Assembly (NCBI GenBank): GCA_963693365.1
Contig: CAVNZM010000009.1
Location: 4,413,146 to 4,477,145, forward strand
Origin: Amoebidium appalachense
Taxonomy: Eukaryota > Protista > Ichthyosporea
Length of the DNA stretch: 64,000 nt
Direction: 5' to 3'
The stretch's first letter is position 1, and every line of letters starts with the position of its first letter. The notes below the pieces were generated by a model that searched no databases, had not been told where the DNA came from, and saw only the letters and a list, made by a program, of their open reading frames with translations. The position numbers and the translations under genes were made by a program. Positions 29,251 through 43,856 of this stretch are shown here, piece by piece.

Positions 29251-29460
29251 GGGGGTAGATCTATTGAGGAGTGCAATTTTTTTTATTTTTTTGGGGGGGG
29301 GGGGGGGGGGGGGGGGTTGCTCTTTTTCGATTTACTCTGCTGATATTGATTGGTCGACAATTATCCAATATGATGTGCACGTGCTTGAAAGTGTGAAAAA
29401 TCGGCGGGAATACTATCTTGCAGATTATATGCATGAAGAGCATGGAGCTGATAATTGGTG
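27560..29460 (+). repeat. Degenerate modular tandem repeat, unique modules separated by poly(G)
   Basis: Modules TGGTGC..AATTGA..GAGGTGG (27561, 27832, 28832), ATAACTTCRTACGGCACAT..TTTGCTTTGCCRAGAG (27655, 27935, 28985), GACTTCTCAA..ATGCTCCATGAG (28166, 29121), GATGTGCAC..AAAGTGTGAAAAATC (28450, 29372). Confidence 0.75.
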
Positions 29461-30611
29461 GTGCACGTGCAGGTGGTGGCCATGGTGGGGTGATTGGGGT
29501 TGTTGGGAGCCTCGGGCGGGAGTTGTGTGGGGGGAAGGGGGCGGGGGGGATTTTATGCATACTGCCGTTGAGTCCGGTTGAGTCCGGGAGTGTACTTTGT
29601 GATCGAGAGGCAGGTGTGGGTGTTGGCGTGGAGAGGGGGGGGGGGAGGTCGTAAGTGTACGGTGCGCTAGTGAGCGATTTCGAACACGCATACTATATTG
29701 CACCATTTTTCACGTGCACACATTTGGAAAGGTTAATCATAAGATAGGATTGCGAGCTGTGTGTTTGTGTGATTATGTGTGTGTGGGGGGAGGGAGGGAG
29801 GGAGGGGGGGTTTGGATTCGGAGGAAGGCGGGGAAATCTGGAGGATTTCTGAACCGGAGAGGGGAGAAGGCACGGGTATTAGGCTATTATGGAGAAGCTC
29901 AAGGACCAACACACAATTTCATCCAGTGTTGAAATAACATACAAACTTTATAACACTTTCGCTATTTCCTTGTCCAGCAAGGGGTGGTTAGCAGCAGAAA
30001 CGTGTGTACATGTAGTACCTGTGCCAAGCTCGGTATTGTGGCTAAGCATTAAGACAGTGAAGAAGGTGCATGAAGAAGGTGCATGTGCAGTCGTGGTCAA
30101 GGGAGAAAAACAAGAAAACGCCCTTCCCAACATCAACACAGAACACACAACGTGGTTCACAATTCCATGAAAAGGCACAACCACACGCCTCACAAGAACA
30201 ACACAGTTCACGCCCACATTGTTTTACTGGTTTAAAGATAGAAAATAATGAAAACTACACCTATCGATGCTTGTTTCCTACTGGTAAAACTCTTTACGAA
30301 CATTACGAATAATCATGGTGCTTTCGGTTTGTGATGTGTGTTTCTTTGTACAGTTCGTTCCTTCTATACAGCCTGTCTTTTCTTTTGTGTGTGTCTAAGT
30401 GTGAGGAGGAGGAGGAGAGGTGGGGGGGGGGGGGGGGGGGGGGGGGGGCGTGTGATTTTAGGCCTGCAAATTTGTGTTTGCGCATGCGCACATGCGTGTG
30501 TGGCTGTGCGAGTCGGCTTCACATCCTTCATAGTATGCAAATTTCTTGAAAGAGGTGGGAAGGAAAAAAACACACAGACAAACAAGAAAAATACGAGACA
30601 AAAACACCGTT

Positions 30612-32024
30612 CTATACATTCTGCGTTACAGTCGCCTTTGCGGAGGAAATCCCAAACCCTCCCTTCCCATTCGTCGCACCGGTGGCCGCCAAAGCCAGCC
30701 GTGGAGGTTTGTTCCTTTTCCCGCCCAACCCACCGGGCGCGTTCCACGTCGCCTGGGCCAATCGCGTTTCCGAAAGCGCAACAATGAGGCCATGTTCATC
30801 TTCGCATCCGCTCTCCTGCGACGAGTAGTGAGGACTGGGAGAGCTGCTGGAATCGTCCGCTGCGTCCGTTCCCCTAAACACGTGCGCTTCACGTGATATG
30901 CCCGCCCCCGAAGTGAATTTGTCGTTCGCACCTTTCGAAACATCCAACACCGTCTTCGCCGCTTGCTCTCCCACGACAAGGCTGGTTTTCGGCGGGGAAG
31001 CAAGATTTTTCGTCAACTCTCTACGTTGATCCGATATTGATTCCTGGCCATGGTGCATCATGTACCCTTCGTTCGGCTTCGCGTGCACGTGCGCGGGCAT
31101 AGATGAAGTGGCCGTTTTCACTGCCTGGGGAGGCGTCCAGAACTCATCCCCCTTAATATCCGCGAAGTTAAGGTTGACCGGGTGCCCGTACAGCTTCTCC
31201 ACCACGGAGAGCACATTCGCCAAGTCTGCCTCCGTGACGTTAAGGCGGTAGGAGATGGCATCGAGAAATTGCTCCTCCATGTTGTTCAAGGTTGCCGCCG
31301 GCATCTTTGAAACGCTGGCCCATGCCTTATTGTTGTACGGCCTGTCCCGGTGAAATTTTGCAGCCGTCATAAGCCCCATGGTGAGAAGCCGCTTGGCGTC
31401 CGACGAGTGGCCGGCGTCCGGAAACTTCTCCCTCAGCCTCTCCAGATACACAATACCCGACAACATTACAAAAACATCGGTTTCGAGGTGCTCCACCAGC
31501 TTGACAACATACGTGAAAAGGAAATCCGTGCGGTATTGTTCGGACCGGTCCCACACTGCGCGCACGTACCGGACCACTGCGTGCAACAGATTGTCCGTGA
31601 CGGCCATTTCCTCCAGCGTAGCAACCGGAACCGATGAGAGAGGGAGGAGAACCATGCGAGGATGGCCATTGAGGCTCAGGTGGTCGGCCCAGTTACCCGT
31701 CGGGCCGGGCCGGGCATTTTGGGCCTTGTACGGGATTGCGCCATATGACAACTCCGCAGACCGGCTCCGGACATATGCCGGAACTTGCTGGGCGTCTTTG
31801 CTTGGGGTCACAATCCCCGAGGGGAAAGACGCAGAATGCAGCTGTGGTTTTTTCACTGGCCCCGGGGTGTCGGAGGAAGGGAGCGGAGAGGAAGCAGAGA
31901 AGTGCTCGGTAGTTGGGTGTGGATGTGAGTGCGTGCGCGAAAGCGCACGTGCTCTTGAGTGGAGCGGCTCGTTGGCCCTACGGCCCGGCCAGCATACAGT
32001 GGTGTCGACCCGTTGCCTAAACAC
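30612..32024 (-). CDS. PHO80/Pcl-type (cyclin-U/P family) cyclin
   Basis: Cyclin-box motifs IVYLERL, RLLTMGLMTAAKFHRD..YNNKAWA, LNNMEEQFLDAISYRLNV; GC3-rich coding texture. 5' end uncertain; possible upstream ATG|GTGAGT exon at ~32660-32652. Confidence 0.88.
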   Translation of the reverse strand: MFRQRVDTTVCWPGRRANEPLHSRARALSRTHSHPHPTTEHFSASSPLPSSDTPGPVKKPQLHSASFPSGIVTPSKDAQQVPAYVRSRSAELSYGAIPYKAQNARPGPTGNWADHLSLNGHPRMVLLPLSSVPVATLEEMAVTDNLLHAVVRYVRAVWDRSEQYRTDFLFTYVVKLVEHLETDVFVMLSGIVYLERLREKFPDAGHSSDAKRLLTMGLMTAAKFHRDRPYNNKAWASVSKMPAATLNNMEEQFLDAISYRLNVTEADLANVLSVVEKLYGHPVNLNFADIKGDEFWTPPQAVKTATSSMPAHVHAKPNEGYMMHHGQESISDQRRELTKNLASPPKTSLVVGEQAAKTVLDVSKGANDKFTSGAGISREAHVFRGTDAADDSSSSPSPHYSSQESGCEDEHGLIVALSETRLAQATWNAPGGLGGKRNKPPRLALAATGATNGKGGFGISSAKATVTQNV

Positions 32025-34255
32025 GTGGATGAGGTAGAAAGGGGAAAGGAAATGTAACGAATAGTGTCCCGGGTGTGAACAATGCCGCGGGCGTTTATGG
32101 GGCTTGGCCCGAGATTCCGATCACCTTGGCCTCCATTTCCCTTCCGCGAAACAGCCCACGATGACAGATGCTGTGTGCGTGGTACGGCACCAATTAGAAA
32201 AATTGCCTGCTTTAACTCGGCCTTTGCAGAAGGCAGTCACACATCAAATTACCTTTCTCGAATACTTTCTTTTCGCAATGCACCGTGTCATGCTTGGGAA
32301 AAAGGAATAATCAGCTTTCTCTTTCAAAAATATTGCGCAGCACGAGGCAAACCCCCATGGCTCTTTGCACCAACCTTGGCCTGTGGGTCTCAGACTTTCT
32401 TTTGGTTTTACATTTTTACTAGCATACAGCACATGCATCACCATAACACCTGGTTACAGCAACCCTTTAAGCGCACAGACGTGCTTAGAAGTTCTTCGTT
32501 TGCAAACAGAACAGAAAAGCAAAAGCGTGGCGAAAGCACTCTTTAAACCACGTGCATAAAGAACGTGATCGTTAAACGAGAGGGAGGGAAAAAGCAGACT
32601 CGACTTGACTCTCTACAAACAGGCGAAAGAGAGAGAGAGAGCCAGAGGCACTCACCATGAAGGCGTTGCCGAAACGGCCGCGAGCGTTCAGCGAATTTTT
32701 CTTGTTCTCCTGGCTCTCCCTCGCCTTACACGGAAAGGATACGTGAAAGAGTGGCGAAACACGTAAATTATGACCTCTCTGTTCTATTTAATAAGCTACA
32801 CACATCAGTTGGGGTGAATGTGGTGGCTGGCTGCTTTCAGCTTGTGTTTTGGTGACTCCTTACACAACCGCCACTCAAGAACCCAACAACTTGCAGCGGG
32901 GGGCGGGGTGGGGGTATTATCAATTCACAACGGAAAGAAAATACCGCTAGATAAAACAACATCTAAACTACTCACACAGATATCTGTGAGGAACAGAGAG
33001 CATGCGAGCCTGGGCGAGAAAAAACTTGCACGGCCCTCGAACACACAGTGTGTTTAGGTTTTCCTGCCCACGCAAAATGGTTCGGTGCAGAAGGCGGGGA
33101 AACTATTTTATATGAATCCACCAAAGCCCCGCGCGCCAATCATTCCCAGGGTTCGCAGCAGGAACCAGGCTTGCGTGATATTAAACGAATTGAAACGGTT
33201 GTAGGAAATCGGATTCTTGACCCCCGGCGACCTGGTCACCTGAGTCAGCGCCGCGTGACCTGCGCATGCTTCAGTTTTATAAATGGTTTGTATTTCTCAG
33301 TGGCAAAAAGATTATTGTTGTGTCTTCCAAGCAATAAATATATCAAACTAAGTGGAGAAAAAGAGTTGTAATCCTCTACGAAACACATGCAGTAGGTAAC
33401 GTACACATAATGCAAATCTAGATCTTTGCAAGTTGAAAGTTTGGCCCTGCCGCACAGCTGATTAGAGCTAAGTAACCAATCACATCTGTCAGTCCGTTGG
33501 AATGATTCACCGTCACATGTCCGCACATTCCTAAGCCAAGAGATATGAAAGTTTGTCTGTGTCTGCATTGATGGACCACAAAACCTCAAAAGCGCATATG
33601 AATTAAAATATTGATAAATAAGTTACTAACTTTTAACGTGAATGCAAGTTCAACCAACAGGCGATAAAGCCAGGTTGAGTATTGATGGGGACCATTTTGT
33701 GTCTGGGTGGGGGGGCCATGCAAATTCGAACGTGAATAAGCCAATCAAATTTGCTACGTTCGGACAGTTACACAATAGTCGACATTCCAGGGCTACTGTT
33801 ATTTTTCAACCAGCTGTGACATTTGCTGTTTACTCCATTTGTACGTTGGATATAGTGTAGATATAACAAAAAACATGTCTGGGAAATATTGCAGGTGCTC
33901 TTTTTTTCTCTTCTTCCCTGATGCGTGCACAATCTACGGTACTGCAAAATCACCCCAACACTCGCCGGAATTTCCCCCCCATACTTCCGCCAATTAGATT
34001 TCACCATTTCTTCCCATATAAAGTAGCCATAAGTCCACAACATAAAAAAAAAACAAGCCATTTCATTGGTTTCCACACACACAACTGACCTGGCACATTC
34101 TGTAGTAACGTGTACACGTTGTTTTATTGCCATCACCATGGGCACCATATCCGTGCACACGTGTACATGTATATGTGGGTCCACGAATCATTAACACTGG
34201 GCCATGGTGACAAAAGTGCCTTTTTCCGATGTTTGGCGCTGTACACTACATAAGT

Positions 34256-35453
34256 GGCTGCGTTCCCACTGCGTGGGAATGGGAATCCGATACCATTTAT
34301 GGAATCGGATTCCCGCGACATTGGATTGGCGGCGCGGGCCCGGACCCGGCCCGGCCCGCCGTTCTACACGCTGAACCCTTGTTAGCCCCAAAAAGTGACC
34401 TTTAGATCCATGCGCAGCTGCCTTATATAGTATGATCTGAAACTTTTGTCCAATGAAAATCGTTATCGCTCCCAATTTTGTCCAATTGGAAAGTGACTTT
34501 CGGGCCAAAAAGCTACCTAATCGGATCGCTAAAACGGTTTGGGTCTCTGCACGGTAGTATACCCGTGACTATTGAACCGGCCCGTATGAAAGGGATAGAT
34601 ATACGCGGCAGCGTTTTGATTCCTTTGCCAACTTCATGCCGAGTGAAGGGAGTACTTGCTTGTGTACTTACCCCCCCCAAATGAAAATTTTTGTGTTTTT
34701 CAATTTAAAGGTTTGGGCATTTCAGGGGCTGAACATTAGCATATATATGAATGACAGTGTATGCGCGCAGCGTGCATGCTTTGGTGTCATCGATTGCATG
34801 ATCATCAACGTTAACATATATCCGGTTTATTTTGTTGTATAAGCTATCTCTAATATATAGTAAGCTATGAAGCCCAAATACGGAACGACACCCCTCAAAC
34901 AACAGTTCTTTCCATCAAAGAGCACCCCTATTTCTGGTGTTATCTCTGATCCACACCCGCGCCGCTATCTGCATGCGGAGCTTATGCCCCAGTAAATTCT
35001 GCCCAGATGGCTGTTCCCATTGCGCGGTAATTCATTAGATTTTTATTAAAATTTCCTTTTTCGGATAATGATGATTCCCAAGACGTGGGAATTATTAACC
35101 GCGGCAGAGAGGGCCCGTACCCATCGGGATAATAAAACCGACCAGCACTGCAGCAGCCGCGAACGTTCGCAAAGCCTGTTTTTTTTTTTTTCGCTACAGG
35201 AAACGTAAGAGCGTGCTTACCATCTTCACTTTTTTCTTCCTTTATTTTCGGTTCCCCCTTTTTAAAATAATTTTTTATGGGGAGAAAAAGCGGAGCGAGA
35301 ATAAGAAAACCTGCGCGGTTGCTACCAAAGGCGTGGCCGGGGCGGCTTGCGCGCGTCAGGAATACCGAATGACATTTGATTCCCACATTCCAGGAATCCC
35401 CGGGATTCCCGCGGGATTCGGAATATCGATTCCCACGCAGTGGGAATGCAGCC
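34256..35453. mobile_element. Non-autonomous TIR element, PIF/Harbinger (PHIS) group-like, 1198 bp
   Basis: TIR GGCTGC(G/A)TTCCCACTGCGTGGGAAT at both ends; 3-bp TSD AGT (34253-34255, 35454-35456); subterminal GGAATC/GATTCC repeats; no transposase ORF. Confidence 0.8.
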
Positions 35454-36153
35454 AGTGGCGGAGGTTTGTACATGTCACACGGCCATCTAGAAACACCGGT
35501 GTTTCTAGCCAGTGGCCGTGTACATGTACAAGCTTCAAGATGGTACCGGTTGTTAAAGATCGGTTGACCTTTATAATGCTGACGCGCTGGCCGGCGGAGA
35601 CCTTATGTCATGCTTGCGCAAGCTCGTTCTACCAGTCGCCCACTGCTGGGAGTGAGCAGTTGTTGCCGCAGGTCTGGCCAGGACAAATACATAGAGCTTC
35701 TCACTGGAGATTCCATTTTTTTTCTTTTATTTGTGCACAGAACGCGGCAACCAGCAGAGGTTAGACGTGTATCTTTTCCGTAACTTACGCACTTACTTGA
35801 GGTTGCCGTCAGGTGGATTTAAAGCAAAGCGTTATAGGACTCATGAATTTCAGCTATTAGTGTTAGGATGGTAGAAGTTTGCGGATTGGGGACTGGGGAT
35901 CCGTTCAGGGCCACGCAAACTTTAGAAGGTAACTTGGAGCATACCGAGTAGAGCAATTGAGTAGAGCCCTGAGTTGTGCCCTTACCAGCATTTCATGTTA
36001 CAAAATGCTGAGCCTAGCTCGACCTCCTAGTCAGATGCAAGCCGGTTACCATTCTCAATTTAGCAATTTCAGCCGCGGTCTCAGCGTCACGAAAGTGGTT
36101 CTTGTTCTGACACAATGATTCGGGAGAAGTGTCCCCCCATCCTCTCCCCTTCC

Positions 36154-36187
<34 letters not shown>

Positions 36188-36227
36188 TTTCCTTTTGTGC
36201 TTTGCTCCCCCTCCCCCCCCCCCCCCC

Positions 36228-36266
<39 letters not shown>

Positions 36267-36476
36267 CTTCGGTATTCCCAAAACGTACTGCACACGGTTA
36301 AGTAATCACAGTTTCCCATCTTCCGACTTTTGGGCTCCCCCTTCCCCTCCCCCCTCTTCCTTTCTCTCTTCTGCATTCCCAACCTCTGCTGCACACGTTT
36401 CAGTAATTAAAGATTCCCACCTTTCGACCAATCTTCTTCTATTGTGTTGAGCTACCTTGGGTCTCTCCCCCCTCCC

Positions 36477-36527
<51 letters not shown>

Positions 36528-36870
36528 ACACACACACACATACACACACACACTCACCCATCCACCCCTTTTTTTGGGTTTTCCTTTCTTCTTTTAATTC
36601 TTTTTGTCAACTCTTGGGGTCAATCACATCGGTCAAGAATTTCCTTCGAATCTCCAACTCCATATGCAAACCACGTGCTTTTGCTCTGTAACCATTTATA
36701 TCATGGCCCAATCAAGTTGCATCAACATTTTACAGCCACGAACCTCCCCCCCCCCCCCCCCCCCCCCCCCCCCCACCCCACACACACACTTCTCCCCATT
36801 CCCATCTTTCCATCCTCCCAACTCGTCTCCATGCATGTGCAAAGATTGTGGACTTTACTTTTAGGCTATG

Positions 36871-37157
<287 letters not shown>

Positions 37158-37342
37158 CCCCCCCCCCTCCCTCCCTCCCTCCCTCGCTCCCTCCCTCCCT
37201 CCTTTCCTCCCTTCTCCCCCCACCCCCCTCTCCCTCACTCCCTCCCTCCTTACCCACCCCCCCTTCTGTCCCTCTCTCTCCCCTTCCCTCTGTCCGTCCG
37301 TCCATCCGTCCCTCCCTCCCTTCGCCGTCCCTCCTTTCCTCC

Positions 37343-37380
<38 letters not shown>

Positions 37381-37777
37381 CGTCCTCGTCCCCCCCCCCC
37401 ACTCCCTCCCTCCCTCTCCCTCTCCCTCAATCCCTCCCCCCCCCCCTTCCCCCCCCCCTCTCCTCTGCCTCTCTCTGCGCCTCGAGTAAAGTGTAACCCC
37501 CCCTTTCCCCTCTCTCTATGTATATACATGTAATCACACACACACACACACACTCTCTCTCTCTCTGTCTGTCTCTCACTTACCCCCCCCACCCTTCCCC
37601 CCTTCCCCCTGCCACCCCCTCATTCACTCCGCACCGTCGGCTCTCACATGCACACACGGTGGCCTTTTCCCCTCATTTTCTCCCTTCTGGTTCTCTCTTC
37701 CCTCCCCCCCTCCCCCCCTCCCCCCCGGCTGCCGTCTCTCCCCCGTGCTCTCCCTCCCTCCTTCATTCCTCCTCCTT

Positions 37778-37813
<36 letters not shown>

Positions 37814-38552
37814 CCCCCCCCCCCCCCCCCCCCTCCCCTCTTCTCTTCACACTCCGCATGACACACACACACACTCTCTCTCTCATCCCCCCCCCCCCTC
37901 CCCCCCTTTTCATTCCCTTTCTCTCTCTCCCTCAATCTCTCTCTCTCTTCACACAACCTCTCTCCCATGCACACACGGTTTCTCTTAACCTCTTCCCTAC
38001 TTCTCTCCCCCCTTCCCCCTCCCCCCCCCCCCGGGGCCCTTCCCTCCCATAATCAAACTTCCTATACATCTTCCCAACACAACTCGACACCACGAAAGCC
38101 TTCCTGCCCACATTTGTGGCTCTGCAATCTCTTGAGCTATCCTTCAGTGCTGTACCCTCACGGTGGCCTCTAAGTCTGGGTCACCAGGTTTTGGTTTGTC
38201 TTAGATTGCGATCCAACTTGTTAGTGCTATGTTCCTTTATGAAACACTCATTTAGCAGCCCCCCCCCCCCCCTCCCCCCTCCCCCCCACCCTTTCCTCCC
38301 ATGTTCAAGTGGCGAAGCAGTGTTGAAGCAGTATCTGAGTTGGATTTCGTCGACGAGGTGTTCGGGTGTCTCGGTATGTGTAGATGTATGTGTGACGTGT
38401 GAAACTGTGTGTGTGTGTGTGTGTGTGACGTGTGTGTGTGTGTGTGTGTGTGTTTGTTCCCTTTTCCGTATCTCCCGATCCCCCCCCCCCCCCCCCCCCC
38501 CCCCCCAAACAAAAAAAAATAAATGAATAAATAAAAGAAAAGAAAAGAACAA

Positions 38553-38620
<68 letters not shown>

Positions 38621-38928
38621 ACACAGAAAAAAAAATAAAAAATCGTAAAGGCTTATAAAGCTACTTCATTTAAAGTCCCTTTCTGATCCTCGGTCTGTGT
38701 CTTTCGACACAGAAACCCCATCTACAAAGAAATTCGAATTATTCCTTCTCGTGGCAGTGTTTACCGTACTGGCATGTGTAGTGTGTATTCCCTGTGATGT
38801 AGTGCATGCAGGTGCACGAACACACCGGGCACACAACACAATTGCCGCTCGCGTGCACCATTATGACATGTGTACCAACACTCAACCACCCACGTATATG
38901 TATATACACACCACACCACACCACACCA

Positions 38929-38970
<42 letters not shown>

Positions 38971-39176
38971 CATAATATACCTACAGACCTGCACTTTAAC
39001 ACGCACGTGCACCTGTACACAGTCTAACTGGAAAAGCAAAAAAACGGTCGGCTATTTAATCATCGGCTTTGCCACATGCACCTCCCCACCGCCCCCACGG
39101 CATCGAACACTTGCATGTGCACAAGTCGTTACATAGCCCACTGAGCCCAGGCCCTGAGGGGTTGGGCAACCATAAT

Positions 39177-39218
<42 letters not shown>

Positions 39219-39568
39219 GCCACACAACAACACCCGCCACACAACAACAACAGCAACAACAACCACCACCACCCATAAATGAGGCATACTCTTTGTGTGA
39301 AGTTGCAATCTGCGTTTAGCTATAGTTGTCCGTCATGGATGCATGTGTAGTTCTACCTTCGACTGCAACTCTTTCTACCCCCCTCCCCCCTCCCCCCCCT
39401 AACACCAAACCTCCCAACACACACAAACAACCACACCCACCCACCCACACTCTCCCACACTGCCACACATCTTAGAATTCGTTACCACACACACTTGCAC
39501 ATACGGACAAAAGTGTGTGTGCCCGTCGCGCACACACACGGGGCCACATGCGCGCCCGCAAGGCGCAT

Positions 39569-39651
<83 letters not shown>

Positions 39652-39679
39652 CACACTCACACGCACACGCACACACACT

Positions 39680-39773
<94 letters not shown>

Positions 39774-40382
39774 TACACAGGTAAACGTGTGTGTGTGCGT
39801 GCTGTGTGTGTATGTGTTGATGCCACACAGTTATGATACGGGCGTGCATATTCGTGTGTGATAGAGTGTGGGTGGGTACCGAGTCCGAGATTCAAGAGTG
39901 GATGTGTGGACGCGCAGGGAGCGGTTACGGGTGCAGGTGTCTAGACCTGCGTACCGTTCGTGAGCGCTACTTTATGTGTAACTCGCACGTGTGACGTACA
40001 GGCACAGGGAGAAAGATGTTTTTCGTTTAGCCAGGCTACTTCTCGGAGGCTGACAGAACCCTTGCACCCAACTGTTTGCGTGCTAACGGGATAAACATCA
40101 CCTAACTTTCAGGCAGCACGCTACTACACATGCCCTTGGCAATCTACTAGGTTTCGGGAAGAACTCCGCGAAATCGTTAGCCTGGCTAACTAGAGGGTGA
40201 ACGTGTTTATAAGTGTGTGTAGTTTTTTCTCTCTGAAGCCGTCTTGCACAAACATCGTTAGCATTTCATGCTCCCGAGCATCACAGTTTCCCTTGTTTCT
40301 AAATTTTTTGTAGTGTGCAGGACCGCTCATGTTCAACAGGGTCATCAGCCACCCGTAATGGAACAAGTCGCCAAAAAAAAAT

Positions 40383-40414
<32 letters not shown>

Positions 40415-41345
40415 GGCCGTCTTGTGGCCTTTGCGCTCCTTTGCGCTGCGCAAAAGTTGCCGCATGTCACTGCGTGACACAAAGCAAATTGCGGCAGATT
40501 ATTTGGTCGCATTTGATTGGTGTATTCACTTCTTATGTACGAGATAGCATTATAAAGGTCGACCGATCTTTAACCGTTGTTGTGTCCTAATAGGTATGGG
40601 ATCTGTGTATTCGCGATCGTGACCATATAACTTGATGATGATTCATGATATGCATGGCACGGTGGCAACAAAGCACACACACCTGGAATTTGTGTGCCAG
40701 GTAGTAGGTACGCTCGTTGGCACGGTGGTACGTAGGGTGCATGCTTTAAATCTAGCTAATGTGTTACACATCAGATATGGGCCGATTGCGAGCGTGTTAA
40801 CGTTCGTGCACGATATCGATGACATTGTGCACATAGCGATGATATACCTACATAAACGCATAGTCTCTCAGGCTCTCGGACTCGCCCCTCTCCTCCCCCC
40901 TCCCCCCCCCCCCCTCCCCCCCCTGGGCCCGCCCCTCTAGAATCTCTCTCCGGAGGCTCCCTCTATCAGCCACCTCCCCCCTCCCCCCCCCCCCCCCTCC
41001 CCCCTCCCCCCCCCCCCCCCCCCCCCAACCCCCTCTTCTCCGGAGGCTCTCAACAGTTTCTCTCTGAAGCTCTCTAATAGCATTTCTCTCTCCCCCTCTC
41101 TCTCGCCCCCCCTCCCCCCCCCCCCCCCTCCCCCCTCTCTCTCTCTCTCTCTCAGATCTCTTTCTCTCTCTCTGAGTCTGTGTATTTGTTTGCGTGCCAG
41201 GCAGCCAGCTGCTGTGCGTCGACTGACGCATATGTGCAAACATGCTTGTGTAGCACGTGCACTCGTGGTGTGTGTACATTTACTTGTGTGTGAGGAGAGG
41301 GGGAGGGGACCAGAGAGAGAGAAAGAGAGAGAGAGAGGAGAGAGG

Positions 41346-41426
<81 letters not shown>

Positions 41427-41564
41427 GGTCACCGAGAGAGGTAGAGGGAGGGGGGGGAGAGAGAGAGCGAGGGAGGGAGGGGAAAGGGAGGGAGGGGGGG
41501 AGAGAGAGAGCGAGGGAGGGAGGGGAAAGGGAGGGAGGGAGGGAGAGAGCGAGGGATGAGAGCT

Positions 41565-41652
<88 letters not shown>

Positions 41653-41819
41653 CTCACGAGAGTCAACGGAAAAGAGCGGGATAGAAGAAAGAGTCAGAAT
41701 TTGCCGCAAAGGTAGAGCTGGAGAGATGTGCCTGGCCGAGGAGAGACCGTGGGAATGGGGGAGAAAGTAGTGGGAAGCAGCTCGACAGGGATGGAGGGAG
41801 GGAGGGAGGGAGGGACTTA

Positions 41820-41878
<59 letters not shown>

Positions 41879-42039
41879 TCTGACGAAGAGTTGGTGTGGA
41901 GCGCGAGAATTGGGTGTCAAAGTTCCGCAAGGAAAACATAGTCATCGATATGCCCTGGCATGCGACAGGTGCAGGTGAAATTACACTGAGGCATTCCTCC
42001 GGAGAAAAAAGGACCCCCCCCCCCTCCCCCCCCTCCCCT

Positions 42040-42070
<31 letters not shown>

Positions 42071-42670
42071 TTCACCCCTGCGGGAAACGAATCCCCACAC
42101 CCGAAGATACATACACGCATAACATTTTTTATTGAAAATATATTTACATGAGAGATCAGCTTGTCGCAATGTATGTACAAGAGTATCACCGGTTCAACAA
42201 TATTTGAAAAAGAGGTGTGTGAAAAAGGGCAAATATTAATATAGCAGCAAAAGGCCTACTACCAATCCAAAGGGGCTTTCATAATAATTTTTTAGTACTT
42301 AAATAAGATACACACAACTAAGTTTGCCCTTGGCTATTTTTGGCAGGAGCTGAATGTACTAATAGTTTCAAAACCCCTCGGTGACTTGATTTCTTTCAGT
42401 CTCCCTCTCCCTCTCTCATGCCCCCTACACTGCATTAATTAATGCTCCATGCATCGCCTACCATCCTTGAGTTCATACACTACACCACTTTTCTAGAATA
42501 AAAGAAACGAATATGTTGGTGTTGGGTGTGTGCTAGGGGAGAAAATTGGAGGAGACAGTGTGAGAAGGGCAGGTTAGTGTGTTGGTCGGTGAAGGAAGAA
42601 GAGGGGGGGGGGGGGGGGGGAGGGGGGGGGGGGGGGGGGGGGGGCGGGCTATAAAGCTTACTCTCATCAC

Positions 42671-42820
42671 TCACGGGAAGAATACGTTGTCTAACCAATA
42701 ATCGGTATCGGACATTGGAATGTTGGGGCATAGCTGCGCACTGAAGGCAAGCCCAACCTTTTGCATGTGTTGTAGCTGGGTCTGTGTGTGTGTGTGTTTT
42801 GCGTGGGTGTGTGTGCGCAC

Positions 42821-42893
<73 letters not shown>

Positions 42894-43811
42894 TGTGTGT
42901 GTATGCGCGCGCACGCGCACATTGTGTGCATGTCTGAAAGACGGATGGGGGAAAGGGGGAGGGGGAGGGGAGGGAGGGGGGGGGGGGGGGGGGGGGGGAG
43001 AGGGGGGGGGGGGGGGGGGGGGGGGGGGAGGGGGGGGTCCTCGTAAGAAAAGCGGTGCACACGAGTGATGTACGAGTTCACAGCGGATATTATCATCATG
43101 AGGCTATGCAAAGGGGCACACACACTCACACATGGAGTGTGCTAAAAGAGTAGGGCCTATCCTCAGAGGGAGAGTCCGCATTGACACAGGGGGTGGACTT
43201 GAAATATCGGTACTCAGCAATCACCTAGAATTCCCAACATGCAGAGTGATGCAGATGTGCCATAAGATGTGTCACAAAGCAGGAACACCAGACAAGCCCC
43301 TTCTCAGAGGGGGGATGGGTTGTGGTTGCAGGAGGTGGGGGAGGAAAGGGCCGGGTGGTTGGAGGGGTGTGTGTGTGTGAGTGTGTGTGTGTGTGTGTGG
43401 AGAGAGAGGAGTGGGGGAGCGTAGGGGGGTAAGGTTTAGAATGGGTTACACGGAAGCGCACGTGCATGACACAGTGAAATGTCGAGGGGGCAAAGTTAAA
43501 TACACAACGAGGGACTCTCAATTCGCACACCATCCTCCCCTCTCTGCCTCTCGATCTCTACCCCCCCCTCCCCCCCCCCCCTCCCCCCCTCCCCCCCACC
43601 CCCCCCTTCTCCCCCCCCTCCATCCTCACCCCCCTGCACACACACCCACACACATCCACACTCCCTCCCCCTTCCGGCCTCCCACTCCCCAGCCGTCTCT
43701 CTCTCGCGTGCAGCTTTTGCGGCATAAAAAGCCATTTTTTCCCCTTTCTTTTTCTTTTCTTTTCTTTTCTTTTCTTTTCTTTTTCTTTCTTTCTTTCTTT
43801 TTTTTTTTTTT

Positions 43812-43856
<45 letters not shown>

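Noticed and set aside
31378-32037. 219-aa plus-strand ORF
   Set aside because: Antisense shadow of the GC-rich cyclin CDS.
40027-40189. MITE bounded by TTAGCCAGGCTA / TAGCCTGGCTAA
   Set aside because: 12-bp near self-palindromic motif with no TSD; insufficient support.
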